64,000 nt of DNA from an uncultured Alphaproteobacteria bacterium (GCA_944390225.1 CALXPB010000003.1:29905-93904), one strand, 5' to 3'; shown: positions 49,266 to 57,929, counted from the stretch's first letter. Program-made: numbers and translations. The notes: generated from the letters alone by a model not told the origin.

Positions 49266-49454
49266 ATGAAAAAACAATTAAATTCCTTCAAAATTTCACA
49301 ATACATACTTCTGTTTTTTATGATTGTGATATGCATATGGCTTGCATTATGGTTAACTGTATCTGACAGAAAGCAAAATATGACAAACCCACAAACAAAT
49401 AATATCATGCAAGTTAATAACGATAGTGTTATAAAAAATAATGCCGGAAATTAG
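49266..49454 (+). CDS. Possible small membrane protein (62 aa)
   Basis: It has one hydrophobic helix and a weak AAGG SD. It lies in a very AT-rich region, so it may be spurious. Confidence 0.25.
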   Translation: MKKQLNSFKISQYILLFFMIVICIWLALWLTVSDRKQNMTNPQTNNIMQVNNDSVIKNNAGN

Positions 49455-49600
49455 TTAAATATAAAATAAGAAAAAACTTACATTACTTTCAAGGTTTCTG
49501 CCACAGTATTAAAATACTTTTTTAATAAAAAAAAGTATGTATCATAATTACGAATTATAAAAAACAAACGATTAAAAAAGTACCTATTCAAAAATATTTT

Positions 49601-49893
49601 TTATTTTTGTTTTGCCTTATTATTAAAAAACAATTTTTTTTGTTCTTTATAAAATTTGTAAATTTTTTGTTTTCTCTCCCACATTTTATAAGACATTCTA
49701 ATATGTTTCGGCCAACTGTTTATATCGTCTGCTGTAACAACACAATTTTCTTTTGGCCATTTTACTTTTTTAACCCCATAAAAATCTGCCCAACTTAAAA
49801 CGGATTCTTTAAAATTACTTAAATCCAGTACAGACGGAAGTTTTTTGCCCCCAATAAATTAAATATGTCGTTACAGTTTTCTTTTAAAGACAT
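49601..49893 (-). pseudogene. Frameshifted small ORF (would encode ~97 aa if one base were added in a G5/A6 run)
   Basis: The minus strand reads ATG...MSLKENCNDIFNLLGAKNFRLYWI-stop. The -1 frame continues FIGGKKLPSVLDLSNFKESVLSWADFYGVKKVKWPKENCVVTADDINSWPKHIRMSYKMWERKQKIYKFYKEQKKLFFNNKAKQK-stop. The frames join at ttgggggcaaaaaac. The span is 293 nt, which is not a multiple of 3. Confidence 0.3.
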
Positions 49894-49954
49894 TATTTTC
49901 CTTACTTCATACTTTTTATAACATAAGTAATATATGGAAACAACATTAAATATC

Positions 49955-50031
49955 TGGTCGGGGCGACAGGAATCGAACCTGCGACCCCTTGCACCCCATG
50001 CAAGTACTCTACCAGGCTGAGCTACGCCCCG
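49955..50031 (-). tRNA. tRNA-Pro (anticodon GGG), CCA encoded
   Basis: Hand-folded. The acceptor is CGGGGCG/CGCCCCG, the anticodon arm is CTTGC-ATGGGGT-GCAAG, and the T-loop is GGTTCGATTCC. Confidence 0.9.
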
Positions 50032-50158
50032 ACGTAAACTTATTTATACAATCGTAATAAAATAAAAGCAAGAATATATTTTCTGCTTGCACGAATCGGT
50101 TAAAAGTGTCTAGTATGACGCATATCAGTTAACCAACAGGCTAGGGGAGGAATTATCC

Positions 50159-50536
50159 GTGATACTTGGTATTGGAATTGATCTTGTAGAATGCGACCGG
50201 TTTCTTGATTGGTCAGCATTTAAAAAACAACGTATTTTTACAAAAAAAGAACTGGAATACGCCGACACAGATAACGCGAACGCAGAAAAACATCTGGCAA
50301 ATTTCTGGGCTGCTCGCGAGGCTTGCTTGAAGGCCTTGGGAACCGGTTTCGGTGATAATATTGCCTTTTCGGACGTTTCTGTAATTCATGACGACGCCGG
50401 TAAACCAGAACTATTAATTGCTGGTGGGGCAAAAACCGCTTTAAAAGAACTTGCCGGTGGAGATGCTAAAATTCACCTCTCAATTACAGACCAAGACGAT
50501 TTTTCGGCCGCTTTCGTCGTAATTGAAAAAATATAA
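50159..50536 (+). CDS. acpS: Holo-[acyl-carrier-protein] synthase
   Basis: 125-aa ORF with a GTG start. It has ILGIGIDLVECDRF and WAAREACLKALGTG motifs. Confidence 0.88.
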   Translation: MILGIGIDLVECDRFLDWSAFKKQRIFTKKELEYADTDNANAEKHLANFWAAREACLKALGTGFGDNIAFSDVSVIHDDAGKPELLIAGGAKTALKELAGGDAKIHLSITDQDDFSAAFVVIEKI

Positions 50537-50566
50537 TACGAAAGACGGTCTTTTTCATAACCAAAT

Positions 50567-50596
50567 AAAAAAACGCCAATTTACTTGGCGTTTTTT
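50567..50596. terminator. Bidirectional terminator between acpS and the 739-aa gene
   Basis: Hairpin aaaaaaacgccaa-tttac-ttggcgtttttt. Confidence 0.75.
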
Positions 50597-50610
50597 CTTT
50601 TACAATAAAC

Positions 50611-52830
50611 TTAGAACAATGGAGGGAAACAATCACCCCCGGATACAGGACAACAATTAAACCCTAATTCTCCCATATCGGTATATACCTCTCCGGTACA
50701 GCAACCGTTCATATCAGGAATACTATTATCAGGGCACAAAACATCATCGGAAACGTACGAAGTTACGTCTTCCTGATAATAAGGTTCTTCTTCATAATAT
50801 TGTTGCTGTTCTTCTTCGTAATAGGGCGTGTCTGTTTCATAATCTGGTGATGCGACAAACATCTTCTCGTTCTGCGAAACGTTGTACGCTGGTTTACTTG
50901 CAATAATTTCCTCTTCCGTAGGAATAACTCGAACAGATTCTTCTTCTATTACCGCAGAAGGTTGCGCCGTTATCGGCTGAATAAACGGATTTAAAACAAC
51001 CTCTTCTGTAACGGAAACAGAAACAGGTTCTGGTTCAGGCATAACAACGACTGCCTTAACCGGAGCCGTTACAGGTACCGGTTCTGGTTCAATTTCTTCT
51101 TCAACGATGACGGGTTCTAGTTTCTCTTGAATCACCGTAGGAGTAATTATTTGAACAGGTTCTTCTTTTAATTCTTCGGCAAGGCTTACACTTTCGGCAA
51201 CGCCCCCCTCTATCATTGATTCTGTTTCTTTCACAATATCATCCGACTTATTAATTTCTTCTGCCGATTGTACTGGTGCGGTTAAGTCGGGTACATTATC
51301 AGTACTTATATTTTTCTGATAAAACCACAGAGTAAATATAGACAAAGCAATTAATAATATTAACATTACCAGATATAAAGCCGTAGGCTTACGTTGTACC
51401 TGCGTAACTGGCGCAACATTTCCCGTGATAGGCGATACCGGTCGCACCCCAGAAGAAACTGGTGCAGGTTCAATATTTGCTTGAACCGTAGCCCCTCCAT
51501 CAACATTATTTGCATTCAAAGCATCAACCGAGGCATTTGATAGGCTCGGCATTACCGGAGCAGGTCGTTGTCCAACCTCGGCAGAATTATCCATTGACAT
51601 CGGTTTAGGTTCTCCCTGTTGTTCATATAAATTGGGTTCTTCAACAGAGTTTATAGTATCCAATACGGGAGTGGTCTGTTCCAATTCATCTTCTGCCACA
51701 GGTCTTACATCTATGGGTTCAGGCGTATCAGTTTTTCTAGAAACAGGTGGGACAAAACTCAAAGGTTCTTTCTCATGACTTTCAGATTCATCAATTTCAT
51801 CGGTATCATCTGATATAGTTCCCATACCTGTATTGTTTCGTTTTACTGTGGTATCAGAAGAATTAACTGTACCGAAATCAATCGGTTTAAAAGCAATTTC
51901 CTCATCCAAAATTTCCGGATCTTCGTCTAATAAAGGTTTTACATCTTCGTCGGCCATATCTTCCGCCTTTGGTTGTTTGTTTTCTTCATTGTTCATTTCT
52001 TCTTCCAAATCCAAATTCTGCTTAGCAGGAACAGGTGCAACCTGTTTTACGATTAAGTCATTTGGTTTTTGTCTTGCAGGTAAATTTGAAACTCCCTTTT
52101 TTTCTCGCATTAATTCAAGAGCCTTTACATCAAGAGGCTCGCGAGATAGTACACCGCGTGCAATTTCTGCATCCTCGTCTGCGGTCAAAAGTCGCTTTTG
52201 AGCGTTCAATAATCTTTTCTTAGCACGCTTTAACTTTTCATTTATAGCATCAATTTGCGCCTCGGTTTTCAGAATCTTAGACGCAGATTGCTTTGTAGGC
52301 TCTTTCCCAATTTGCTTTTTCTGTTGCGAAAGTTTAGCCCGTAATTGTTTTAATTTCTCCTCCATTTCCGATATAGAATCATTCGTCCTTAATATCGTAT
52401 CACGAGATTTTACAGCGTTAGATTCCGCAACCTTTAATCTTTCCTCTGCCGACCGACGAACAGATATATCCCGAATTACCGCCAATGCCTGTAAAGAATT
52501 TTCTAAATCATGATTTTCTTCGTAATCTTGAATTAAATTTTCATAGACATCTAAACCGTCATATTCAATATCCAACTTTTGATACTTATTATCTTTTTTC
52601 GGTCTGACATCTTCTAAATCGACATTGTAATCGTTTGATAATATATCGTCCCATTTACGATCACCCACAGGCTTCAAGATCAATAAAACGTTAGGCTTTT
52701 CATCAGTAATAGTACTATCAACGACAAAAATCAGGTTATCTGCATCGTCATAAAACGCCCGCAAAAAATTTCCTGAGATTTCATATTTTTTTTCTGTAAG
52801 ATAAGACATTTGTTCTCTCTCGCTTGACAT
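50611..52830 (-). CDS. Large bitopic protein: cytoplasmic coiled-coil, acidic disordered region, one TM, Glu/Pro/Val-rich exterior, C-terminal 6-Cys knot
   Basis: 739-aa ORF lying 17 nt downstream of gcrA on the same strand. The TM helix is ALYLVMLILLIALSIFTLWFY. All Cys fall in the last 41 aa (LCPDNSIPDMNGCCTGEVYTDMGELGFNCCPVSGGDC). Confidence 0.65.
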   Translation of the reverse strand: MSSEREQMSYLTEKKYEISGNFLRAFYDDADNLIFVVDSTITDEKPNVLLILKPVGDRKWDDILSNDYNVDLEDVRPKKDNKYQKLDIEYDGLDVYENLIQDYEENHDLENSLQALAVIRDISVRRSAEERLKVAESNAVKSRDTILRTNDSISEMEEKLKQLRAKLSQQKKQIGKEPTKQSASKILKTEAQIDAINEKLKRAKKRLLNAQKRLLTADEDAEIARGVLSREPLDVKALELMREKKGVSNLPARQKPNDLIVKQVAPVPAKQNLDLEEEMNNEENKQPKAEDMADEDVKPLLDEDPEILDEEIAFKPIDFGTVNSSDTTVKRNNTGMGTISDDTDEIDESESHEKEPLSFVPPVSRKTDTPEPIDVRPVAEDELEQTTPVLDTINSVEEPNLYEQQGEPKPMSMDNSAEVGQRPAPVMPSLSNASVDALNANNVDGGATVQANIEPAPVSSGVRPVSPITGNVAPVTQVQRKPTALYLVMLILLIALSIFTLWFYQKNISTDNVPDLTAPVQSAEEINKSDDIVKETESMIEGGVAESVSLAEELKEEPVQIITPTVIQEKLEPVIVEEEIEPEPVPVTAPVKAVVVMPEPEPVSVSVTEEVVLNPFIQPITAQPSAVIEEESVRVIPTEEEIIASKPAYNVSQNEKMFVASPDYETDTPYYEEEQQQYYEEEPYYQEDVTSYVSDDVLCPDNSIPDMNGCCTGEVYTDMGELGFNCCPVSGGDCFPPLF

Positions 52831-52847
52831 TTTTTACGAGCCCCCGT

Positions 52848-53408
52848 TTATTTCTTCTTAGGCGGTGCAAACTGATAAGCCTGCTTACAATGTTCATAGC
52901 AATAAGGTTTTCCGACAAAAACTTGCTCGCCACAGAAATGAAAATTTTCTGAGTCCGGATCACCAATCGGCCAACGACACTGATTCGGTTTTAAATTAGC
53001 CATTTCCAAGGAATGCTGTATTATTCTTTGATGCATGGCCAAACTTTTATTCAGATTTTTTGAGTCTTTACCCGCTTCTTTTTTATTGTTTGCGGTACCC
53101 GTTGAGGCCATTTTTAACGAAGTTGCATTCTTTACACCAACCTTTTTAACGATTTTTACATCTGTTGAAACAGCACCTTTTTTAATCGGCTTCACAGAGG
53201 TCTTTTTAATCTCTGCTTTTTTTACCGGTGCTTTGTCTTTTATGCCGTTAACGCCACCAGCCTTAGAATTCCAGCCCAGCCGGTTCAGTTTACCAACAAC
53301 AGCATTCTTGGACATTCCCAGACGCTTACCGATTTCAGACGTAGACAAACCTTTACCAGTCAAGGCTTTCAGTTTTTTTAACGTCGCATTATCCCAACCT
53401 TTGCTCAT
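52848..53408 (-). CDS. gcrA: Cell cycle regulator GcrA
   Basis: 186-aa ORF. The N-terminus WDNATLKKLKALTGKGLSTSEIGKRLGMSKNAVVGKLNRLGW and the C-terminus CRWPIGDPDSENFHFCGEQVFVGKPYCYEHCKQAY are typical GcrA. Confidence 0.88.
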   Translation of the reverse strand: MSKGWDNATLKKLKALTGKGLSTSEIGKRLGMSKNAVVGKLNRLGWNSKAGGVNGIKDKAPVKKAEIKKTSVKPIKKGAVSTDVKIVKKVGVKNATSLKMASTGTANNKKEAGKDSKNLNKSLAMHQRIIQHSLEMANLKPNQCRWPIGDPDSENFHFCGEQVFVGKPYCYEHCKQAYQFAPPKKK

Positions 53409-53480
53409 TTAAAAAATCCTTGTTATACTTAATACTATAAGTGTAGCATAGTTTCGATTCGAAAGGCAAGGGGGAAAAAT

Positions 53481-53948
53481 ATGATTTATAACATCTTTTT
53501 TATTTTGTTATTATTCGGTGCATTATTTTGTGCATGGCACATATCATATGCAGATTTTCGTCGTAGAATAATTCCGGACGTTTATCTTTTTCCTCTGTTA
53601 TTAATCGGGTTAATCTTGATAAATTATTTTCCTTGGCCTATAACCTTGGCCGAGGGTGCAATTGCCGCAGCATCCGGTTATGTGCTGGCCTTAATAATAG
53701 GTAAAATCTTTGTATTTGCAAAAAGAAAAAGCAATTCAATTGATACTCCTATCGGGATGGGTGATATAAAACTTATAAGCGTAGGAGGTCTGTGGCTGGG
53801 TGTAACAGGGTTATCTTTGGCACTGGTTTTTGCTTGCTTAACCGGAGGAATATGGGGTTTAGTTAAAAAGCAAAAATTTATCCCTTTTGCGCCGTTTTTC
53901 TTGGTTGGTGGAATTTTGTCTTTAATTATAATAATGTTTTTGATATAA
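53481..53948 (+). CDS. A24-family prepilin peptidase (short CpaA/TadV-like form)
   Basis: 155-aa polytopic ORF with both catalytic Asp contexts (YADFRRRIIPD and GMGDIKLISVGG). It has no methyltransferase domain. Confidence 0.8.
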   Translation: MIYNIFFILLLFGALFCAWHISYADFRRRIIPDVYLFPLLLIGLILINYFPWPITLAEGAIAAASGYVLALIIGKIFVFAKRKSNSIDTPIGMGDIKLISVGGLWLGVTGLSLALVFACLTGGIWGLVKKQKFIPFAPFFLVGGILSLIIIMFLI

Positions 53949-53978
53949 TTATAAACAATTGGGGATAACGGATAGAGA

Positions 53979-55622
53979 ATGAAAAACAAAACTTTTTATA
54001 TAACCTTATTTGCGTATACCGCTGTTATATGCGGGGCTTTTGCGGTTGAGTTTCCGACCACAACAACGCAACAACCGTTTTCAAAATCCGGTCAGATTCA
54101 AAACGTTCAAAATTACTCGTCTAACCCGTTCTGGAGTCCGGACGCACCGTATAACCAAAGAATGCCAGTCCCTGTATACGTTCAAGGGACAGATGTTAAC
54201 ACCAGTGATTGCCAGCGAATTGTTTCATCGCTGATTTCTTCGTACTGTTCAACAAGGAATAATTGCTTGGGGTTAAGCCTTTCTGACGTACGTCCGACCA
54301 TAACTGTCCAGTTGGCAAATTTACCCAATCATAATTTTGTGACTCCGTGCTCTGGATATATAGACACAGAATTTGAAAGTTATGTTAAACAAAACGCTAT
54401 TGCTGCGCCGACGGGTAAGTCGGTTGAGTTTCCAACTGCAACAACTCCGAATTCAGATTTAAATCAGCAAGAAGCAAAGTTTGAAAATCCTTATGCACCG
54501 AAGTTACCGCAATGGAATGGCGAACCTTGGGCAGAGGAAATGCAGGAACGAAAAAAAGAACTTGAAAACTTACAAGCACAGAATTCTTATGGAACAAATC
54601 AGGTAGTAAAAGCAGATTTTCCGAATACTTTTGCAGATTTGTCTTTTACGGAACGTCAAGAAATATTAAAACAAGGGTACGAACCATTTAAAGAATCTTC
54701 GGCATACGCCGGGTTAAATATAAAAGAGACACTAACGCAAAATTCACTATCACAAACAAATACAAACATATCAAATAGTAAAGAAAACAATTGCACAAAT
54801 TTGGCCGGTCCACTAAATACTTTAAAATCAGATTTAAATATTTTAATATCTTGCCAAAAAGCAAAAAAAAAGTTTTCTGATTGTATAACTTCTCTAGAAA
54901 ATAATTATTTTCCTAATTCTTTTGAAGCAGCAACCACAGATGACACACAAAAACAATCGTATACTGTCGAGACAAAGGGGGAAAATGAAACGTTTGGCAA
55001 TCTTGCAAAATCTTGGTCCGTTTCATATTTAATTTCCTCATCTTTGATTGCTTCACCTTTAATTGCTCAATCTTTGCTTGTTTCACTTTTTATTGCTGAC
55101 TCAGATTGCGTTATGGATCCTGTAACAAATAAAAAAACATGTTGCAATGCTCCTAATGAAACCGGCGATCGTTATGTAAATATAGGTGGTTATATGTTTT
55201 GTGGCGAAGAAATACGCGATGCCCAAGGAAATGTGTCAGAGATAAAACCTGTATACGGTTATGTTCGTCAATGTTTACAGGGGAACAAGAAACGTTCTAC
55301 AACCCCTGCGCCATGGTATAGCGCACCTTTTAAAAACGACTTTTGGGACGACAACTGCATTCAACGTTTTTGTGAAGGTGAAGTCGCTCCTACTCAAGAA
55401 ATATATGCAATTTTAGAATGGGAACATGACGATAATAACATCTGTTGGCGCTGGAATTGCCCTTCTGATAAATATATAAAAGTTGGAAATAATTGTATAA
55501 AATATGACAACCCCGACGGTACCAATTTAATTAATGGGAATGAATATGACTATTTAATAAAATTAATTAATAATGAAATAAATAAAATTGAAAAAAATTG
55601 TCCTGAATTAATAAAACAATGA
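53979..55622 (+). CDS. Secreted Cys-containing protein (547 aa), unknown function
   Basis: It has a signal peptide (ending ICGAFAVE), an internal hydrophobic pentapeptide-repeat segment (aa 349-374) and a Cys-rich C-terminal third. It starts 30 nt after the peptidase gene. Confidence 0.6.
   Translation: MKNKTFYITLFAYTAVICGAFAVEFPTTTTQQPFSKSGQIQNVQNYSSNPFWSPDAPYNQRMPVPVYVQGTDVNTSDCQRIVSSLISSYCSTRNNCLGLSLSDVRPTITVQLANLPNHNFVTPCSGYIDTEFESYVKQNAIAAPTGKSVEFPTATTPNSDLNQQEAKFENPYAPKLPQWNGEPWAEEMQERKKELENLQAQNSYGTNQVVKADFPNTFADLSFTERQEILKQGYEPFKESSAYAGLNIKETLTQNSLSQTNTNISNSKENNCTNLAGPLNTLKSDLNILISCQKAKKKFSDCITSLENNYFPNSFEAATTDDTQKQSYTVETKGENETFGNLAKSWSVSYLISSSLIASPLIAQSLLVSLFIADSDCVMDPVTNKKTCCNAPNETGDRYVNIGGYMFCGEEIRDAQGNVSEIKPVYGYVRQCLQGNKKRSTTPAPWYSAPFKNDFWDDNCIQRFCEGEVAPTQEIYAILEWEHDDNNICWRWNCPSDKYIKVGNNCIKYDNPDGTNLINGNEYDYLIKLINNEINKIEKNCPELIKQ
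55041..55100 (+). repeat. Four degenerate 15-nt tandem repeats encoding SLIAS-PLIAQ-SLLVS-LFIAD
   Basis: The units are tctttgattgcttca, cctttaattgctcaa, tctttgcttgtttca and ctttttattgctgac. A weaker fifth copy lies upstream at 55023-55040. Confidence 0.7.
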
Positions 55623-57364
55623 AAAAAATTATATTAATATTTTCTCTTGTTGCATTTTATACACATGGGGCATTTTGTGAAGATTTTTTACAAAACTCTA
55701 TTATACCCCTACAAAACGAGCAAACTTATTCTGAAGATTCTAATCTTTTTACAGATATCACATTTACGGGAGATATAAATACTCAATGTGCTACTGCCGT
55801 TTTTAGAAACGCATTATATGAACACGCCGATGAAGTTTCAGAAACAGATATGGAATATGTAGTACAAGGATGGATTTATTCTACTTTCCAAGATAAAAAC
55901 GTTATACAAAAAGTACTAAATTGTCCAGAGTTCTTAAATGCAAAAGATACTGATTTAATCAAACTCTTACCCATAGAATACAACTTTCCTGGTGGCAGAC
56001 AAATCATAGTTAATTATGAAACGCAACCTAAAATATTAAAACAGCGATTATCTTTATCAAAAAAAAGAACTGTTTCAGACCTTAACCCAAGCCCACAAAT
56101 CGGTGCTGCAGGTGATGACTCTGTTTGGACAAATACAGAACCTGCATGGTATGCAATCATGGTTGTAGAAGCCGGCTCATTAGACGAATTCGTCGGTCCA
56201 GATAAGAATAATACTATTTCTATGCAATGGATAAACGATAACATAGATAGAATTTATCCCAAAGGTTATATGTGTACCAGTAAAAGTGCCGTTGCAAAAA
56301 ATACAGATCTTATAAACATTGCGGCTCGGGAAACAGTTAATATGGAAGATGACCCCAATCAATACTATGTTGCGGGGGACGTCAACTTGCAATGGATTTC
56401 TTATCTTGAAATCGGTTTGGACGTTGCCTTAACCGTTGCCACTTTTGGAACAGGTGCTGCTATTAGAGGTTCTGCAAAACTCGCACGCGCTACGAAAACC
56501 TTAAATAATTTGAAAACAACGTTAAGCACACTATCAAAAACAGATTCTGTACGAAATTATATCAGGGTTTCACAGCAACTTGCACGTGCAAGCGAAGAAT
56601 TAAAAAATATTGATCGCGCAACAGATGCAGTAAGATACGCCAGTAAATCAGACGAAATTGCGGACTTAACAAAAACGCTACGAAACATAGAAAAAACAGA
56701 TGACAATGTTCGCAAATTCAAAGAAGCCAACAATACTTTTTCAGCAATTAATCAATATCGTAAAGGACTGCGTCTACTACGTCCCGCGCAACGAGGAAAC
56801 GTAGTTGCAAAACTCTGGCGCGGTCTAAAAGGTGCAAATACCGGCGGAAGATTATTAAACCGTGGGGCTCGAATAGCACGAAGCAGTATGAAATCCGGTC
56901 GAATTCGTGACTGGTTGTTTCAATCAACCTTAAAAAGCATCTCTGCATTAGGACTTGTTAGAGAAGGAACAGGTTTAATTTATGGTATAATCAATTTTGT
57001 CGGTGGTATGTACGATTGGACCGAAACAAGTACCGGTGAATTTACAAATAATATCGAATTTAAACCTCTGACATTGCTATCCGCCGACGACCTGGAAGGT
57101 CAAGAGAACGTAGTAAATCACGGAATGTGGCTAATGTGGTTGGGCGATTCTATCAGTCCGGAAGACGATGACGCGGCATACTTGCAAGCGATGGATTTTG
57201 CTAATAAACTACACTTCAGTCTGGAAAATTTTCAGGAAGAAAAAAACGTAAATGTTTGCAACGTTGATATTTATGTCGTGAGACCTGTAATTAGAAACCC
57301 CGGAGATGAAAACGCAGAATTATACTATTTAATAATGAATGAAGAACCTTGGACCACAAAATAA
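55619..57364 (+). CDS. Exported or membrane protein (581 aa), unknown function
   Basis: Its start overlaps the upstream stop by 4 nt (ATGA). It has a signal peptide (ending THGAFCED). Two internal hydrophobic segments flank a ~170-aa Arg/Lys-rich helical region. Confidence 0.6.
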   Translation: MKKIILIFSLVAFYTHGAFCEDFLQNSIIPLQNEQTYSEDSNLFTDITFTGDINTQCATAVFRNALYEHADEVSETDMEYVVQGWIYSTFQDKNVIQKVLNCPEFLNAKDTDLIKLLPIEYNFPGGRQIIVNYETQPKILKQRLSLSKKRTVSDLNPSPQIGAAGDDSVWTNTEPAWYAIMVVEAGSLDEFVGPDKNNTISMQWINDNIDRIYPKGYMCTSKSAVAKNTDLINIAARETVNMEDDPNQYYVAGDVNLQWISYLEIGLDVALTVATFGTGAAIRGSAKLARATKTLNNLKTTLSTLSKTDSVRNYIRVSQQLARASEELKNIDRATDAVRYASKSDEIADLTKTLRNIEKTDDNVRKFKEANNTFSAINQYRKGLRLLRPAQRGNVVAKLWRGLKGANTGGRLLNRGARIARSSMKSGRIRDWLFQSTLKSISALGLVREGTGLIYGIINFVGGMYDWTETSTGEFTNNIEFKPLTLLSADDLEGQENVVNHGMWLMWLGDSISPEDDDAAYLQAMDFANKLHFSLENFQEEKNVNVCNVDIYVVRPVIRNPGDENAELYYLIMNEEPWTTK

Positions 57365-57433
57365 AAATTAGAACATTTACCCATTGTTTTTTTATTTTGA
57401 ACCCTTATAATTATTATTAAAGGGAGCATAAAA

Positions 57434-57751
57434 ATGAAAAAAATATTATTAGCAATATTAATGACAATTACAACTACTTACGGTGCCGGCGCATATCAAA
57501 TATTATCATCAAAAGAACTCGGAAAGGACGAGGCAAAAAATCAGAACGTCGTTGTAAAATGCACAACAGATACCGGTAAAATATCAAATCAAACATGCTC
57601 TTTACGTCGTTACGCAAAATGTACAGGAACAGGGGATAATGTAAAATGTAACGGATGGCAACCGTGGCAAGACTTACGCAACCCCAACAAAAAATATTCC
57701 GATTGGCGTAGTGCCGCATCTGCTTGCTGTCGTTCAAAAGGATTACGTTAA
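57434..57751 (+). CDS. Small secreted Cys-containing protein (105 aa)
   Basis: It has a signal peptide (ending TYGAGAYQ) and several Cys in the mature part, including a CC pair. A terminator follows. Confidence 0.55.
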   Translation: MKKILLAILMTITTTYGAGAYQILSSKELGKDEAKNQNVVVKCTTDTGKISNQTCSLRRYAKCTGTGDNVKCNGWQPWQDLRNPNKKYSDWRSAASACCRSKGLR

Positions 57752-57759
57752 AAAGTTAT

Positions 57760-57786
57760 AAACGCCGTATTAAACGGCGTTTTTTA
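57760..57786 (+). terminator. Terminator ending the peptidase-led operon
   Basis: Hairpin acgccgt-attaa-acggcgt followed by TTTTT. Confidence 0.7.
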
Positions 57787-57787
57787 T

Positions 57788-57864
57788 TGGTGGATGTGAT
57801 TGGACTCGAACCAACGACCTTTTCGATGTGAACGAAACGCTCTAACCAACTGAGCCACACATCC
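57788..57864 (-). tRNA. tRNA-Val (anticodon CAC), CCA encoded
   Basis: Hand-folded. The acceptor is GGATGTG/CACATCC, the anticodon arm is TTTCG-TTCACAT-CGAAA, and the T arm is GTTGG-TTCGAGT-CCAAT. Confidence 0.88.
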
Positions 57865-57900
57865 AAAACCTTAAATAAATTTTAGTTTTTTACGAGTCTT

Positions 57901-57929
57901 ATATTATTCTCTTATAATGAAATTTTCAA
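57901..57929 (-). promoter_or_regulatory. Possible internal promoter for tRNA-Val
   Basis: The minus strand reads TTGAAA, a 17-nt spacer, then TAATAT, within the 111-nt spacer between tRNA-Leu(TAA) and tRNA-Val. Confidence 0.35.

Noticed and set aside
54030-54062. G-AFAVE at the N-terminus of the 547-aa protein looks like a prepilin peptidase site (Gly followed by Glu at +5, as in Flp G/ATAIEY). This is tempting because an A24 peptidase gene lies immediately upstream.
   Set aside because: The hydrophobic stretch lies before the Gly, not after it, and the sequence after the Glu is hydrophilic (FPTTTTQQP). This is an ordinary Sec signal with an AxA-type site, not a class III pilin signal. The N-termini of the 581-aa and 105-aa proteins are also ordinary Sec signals.
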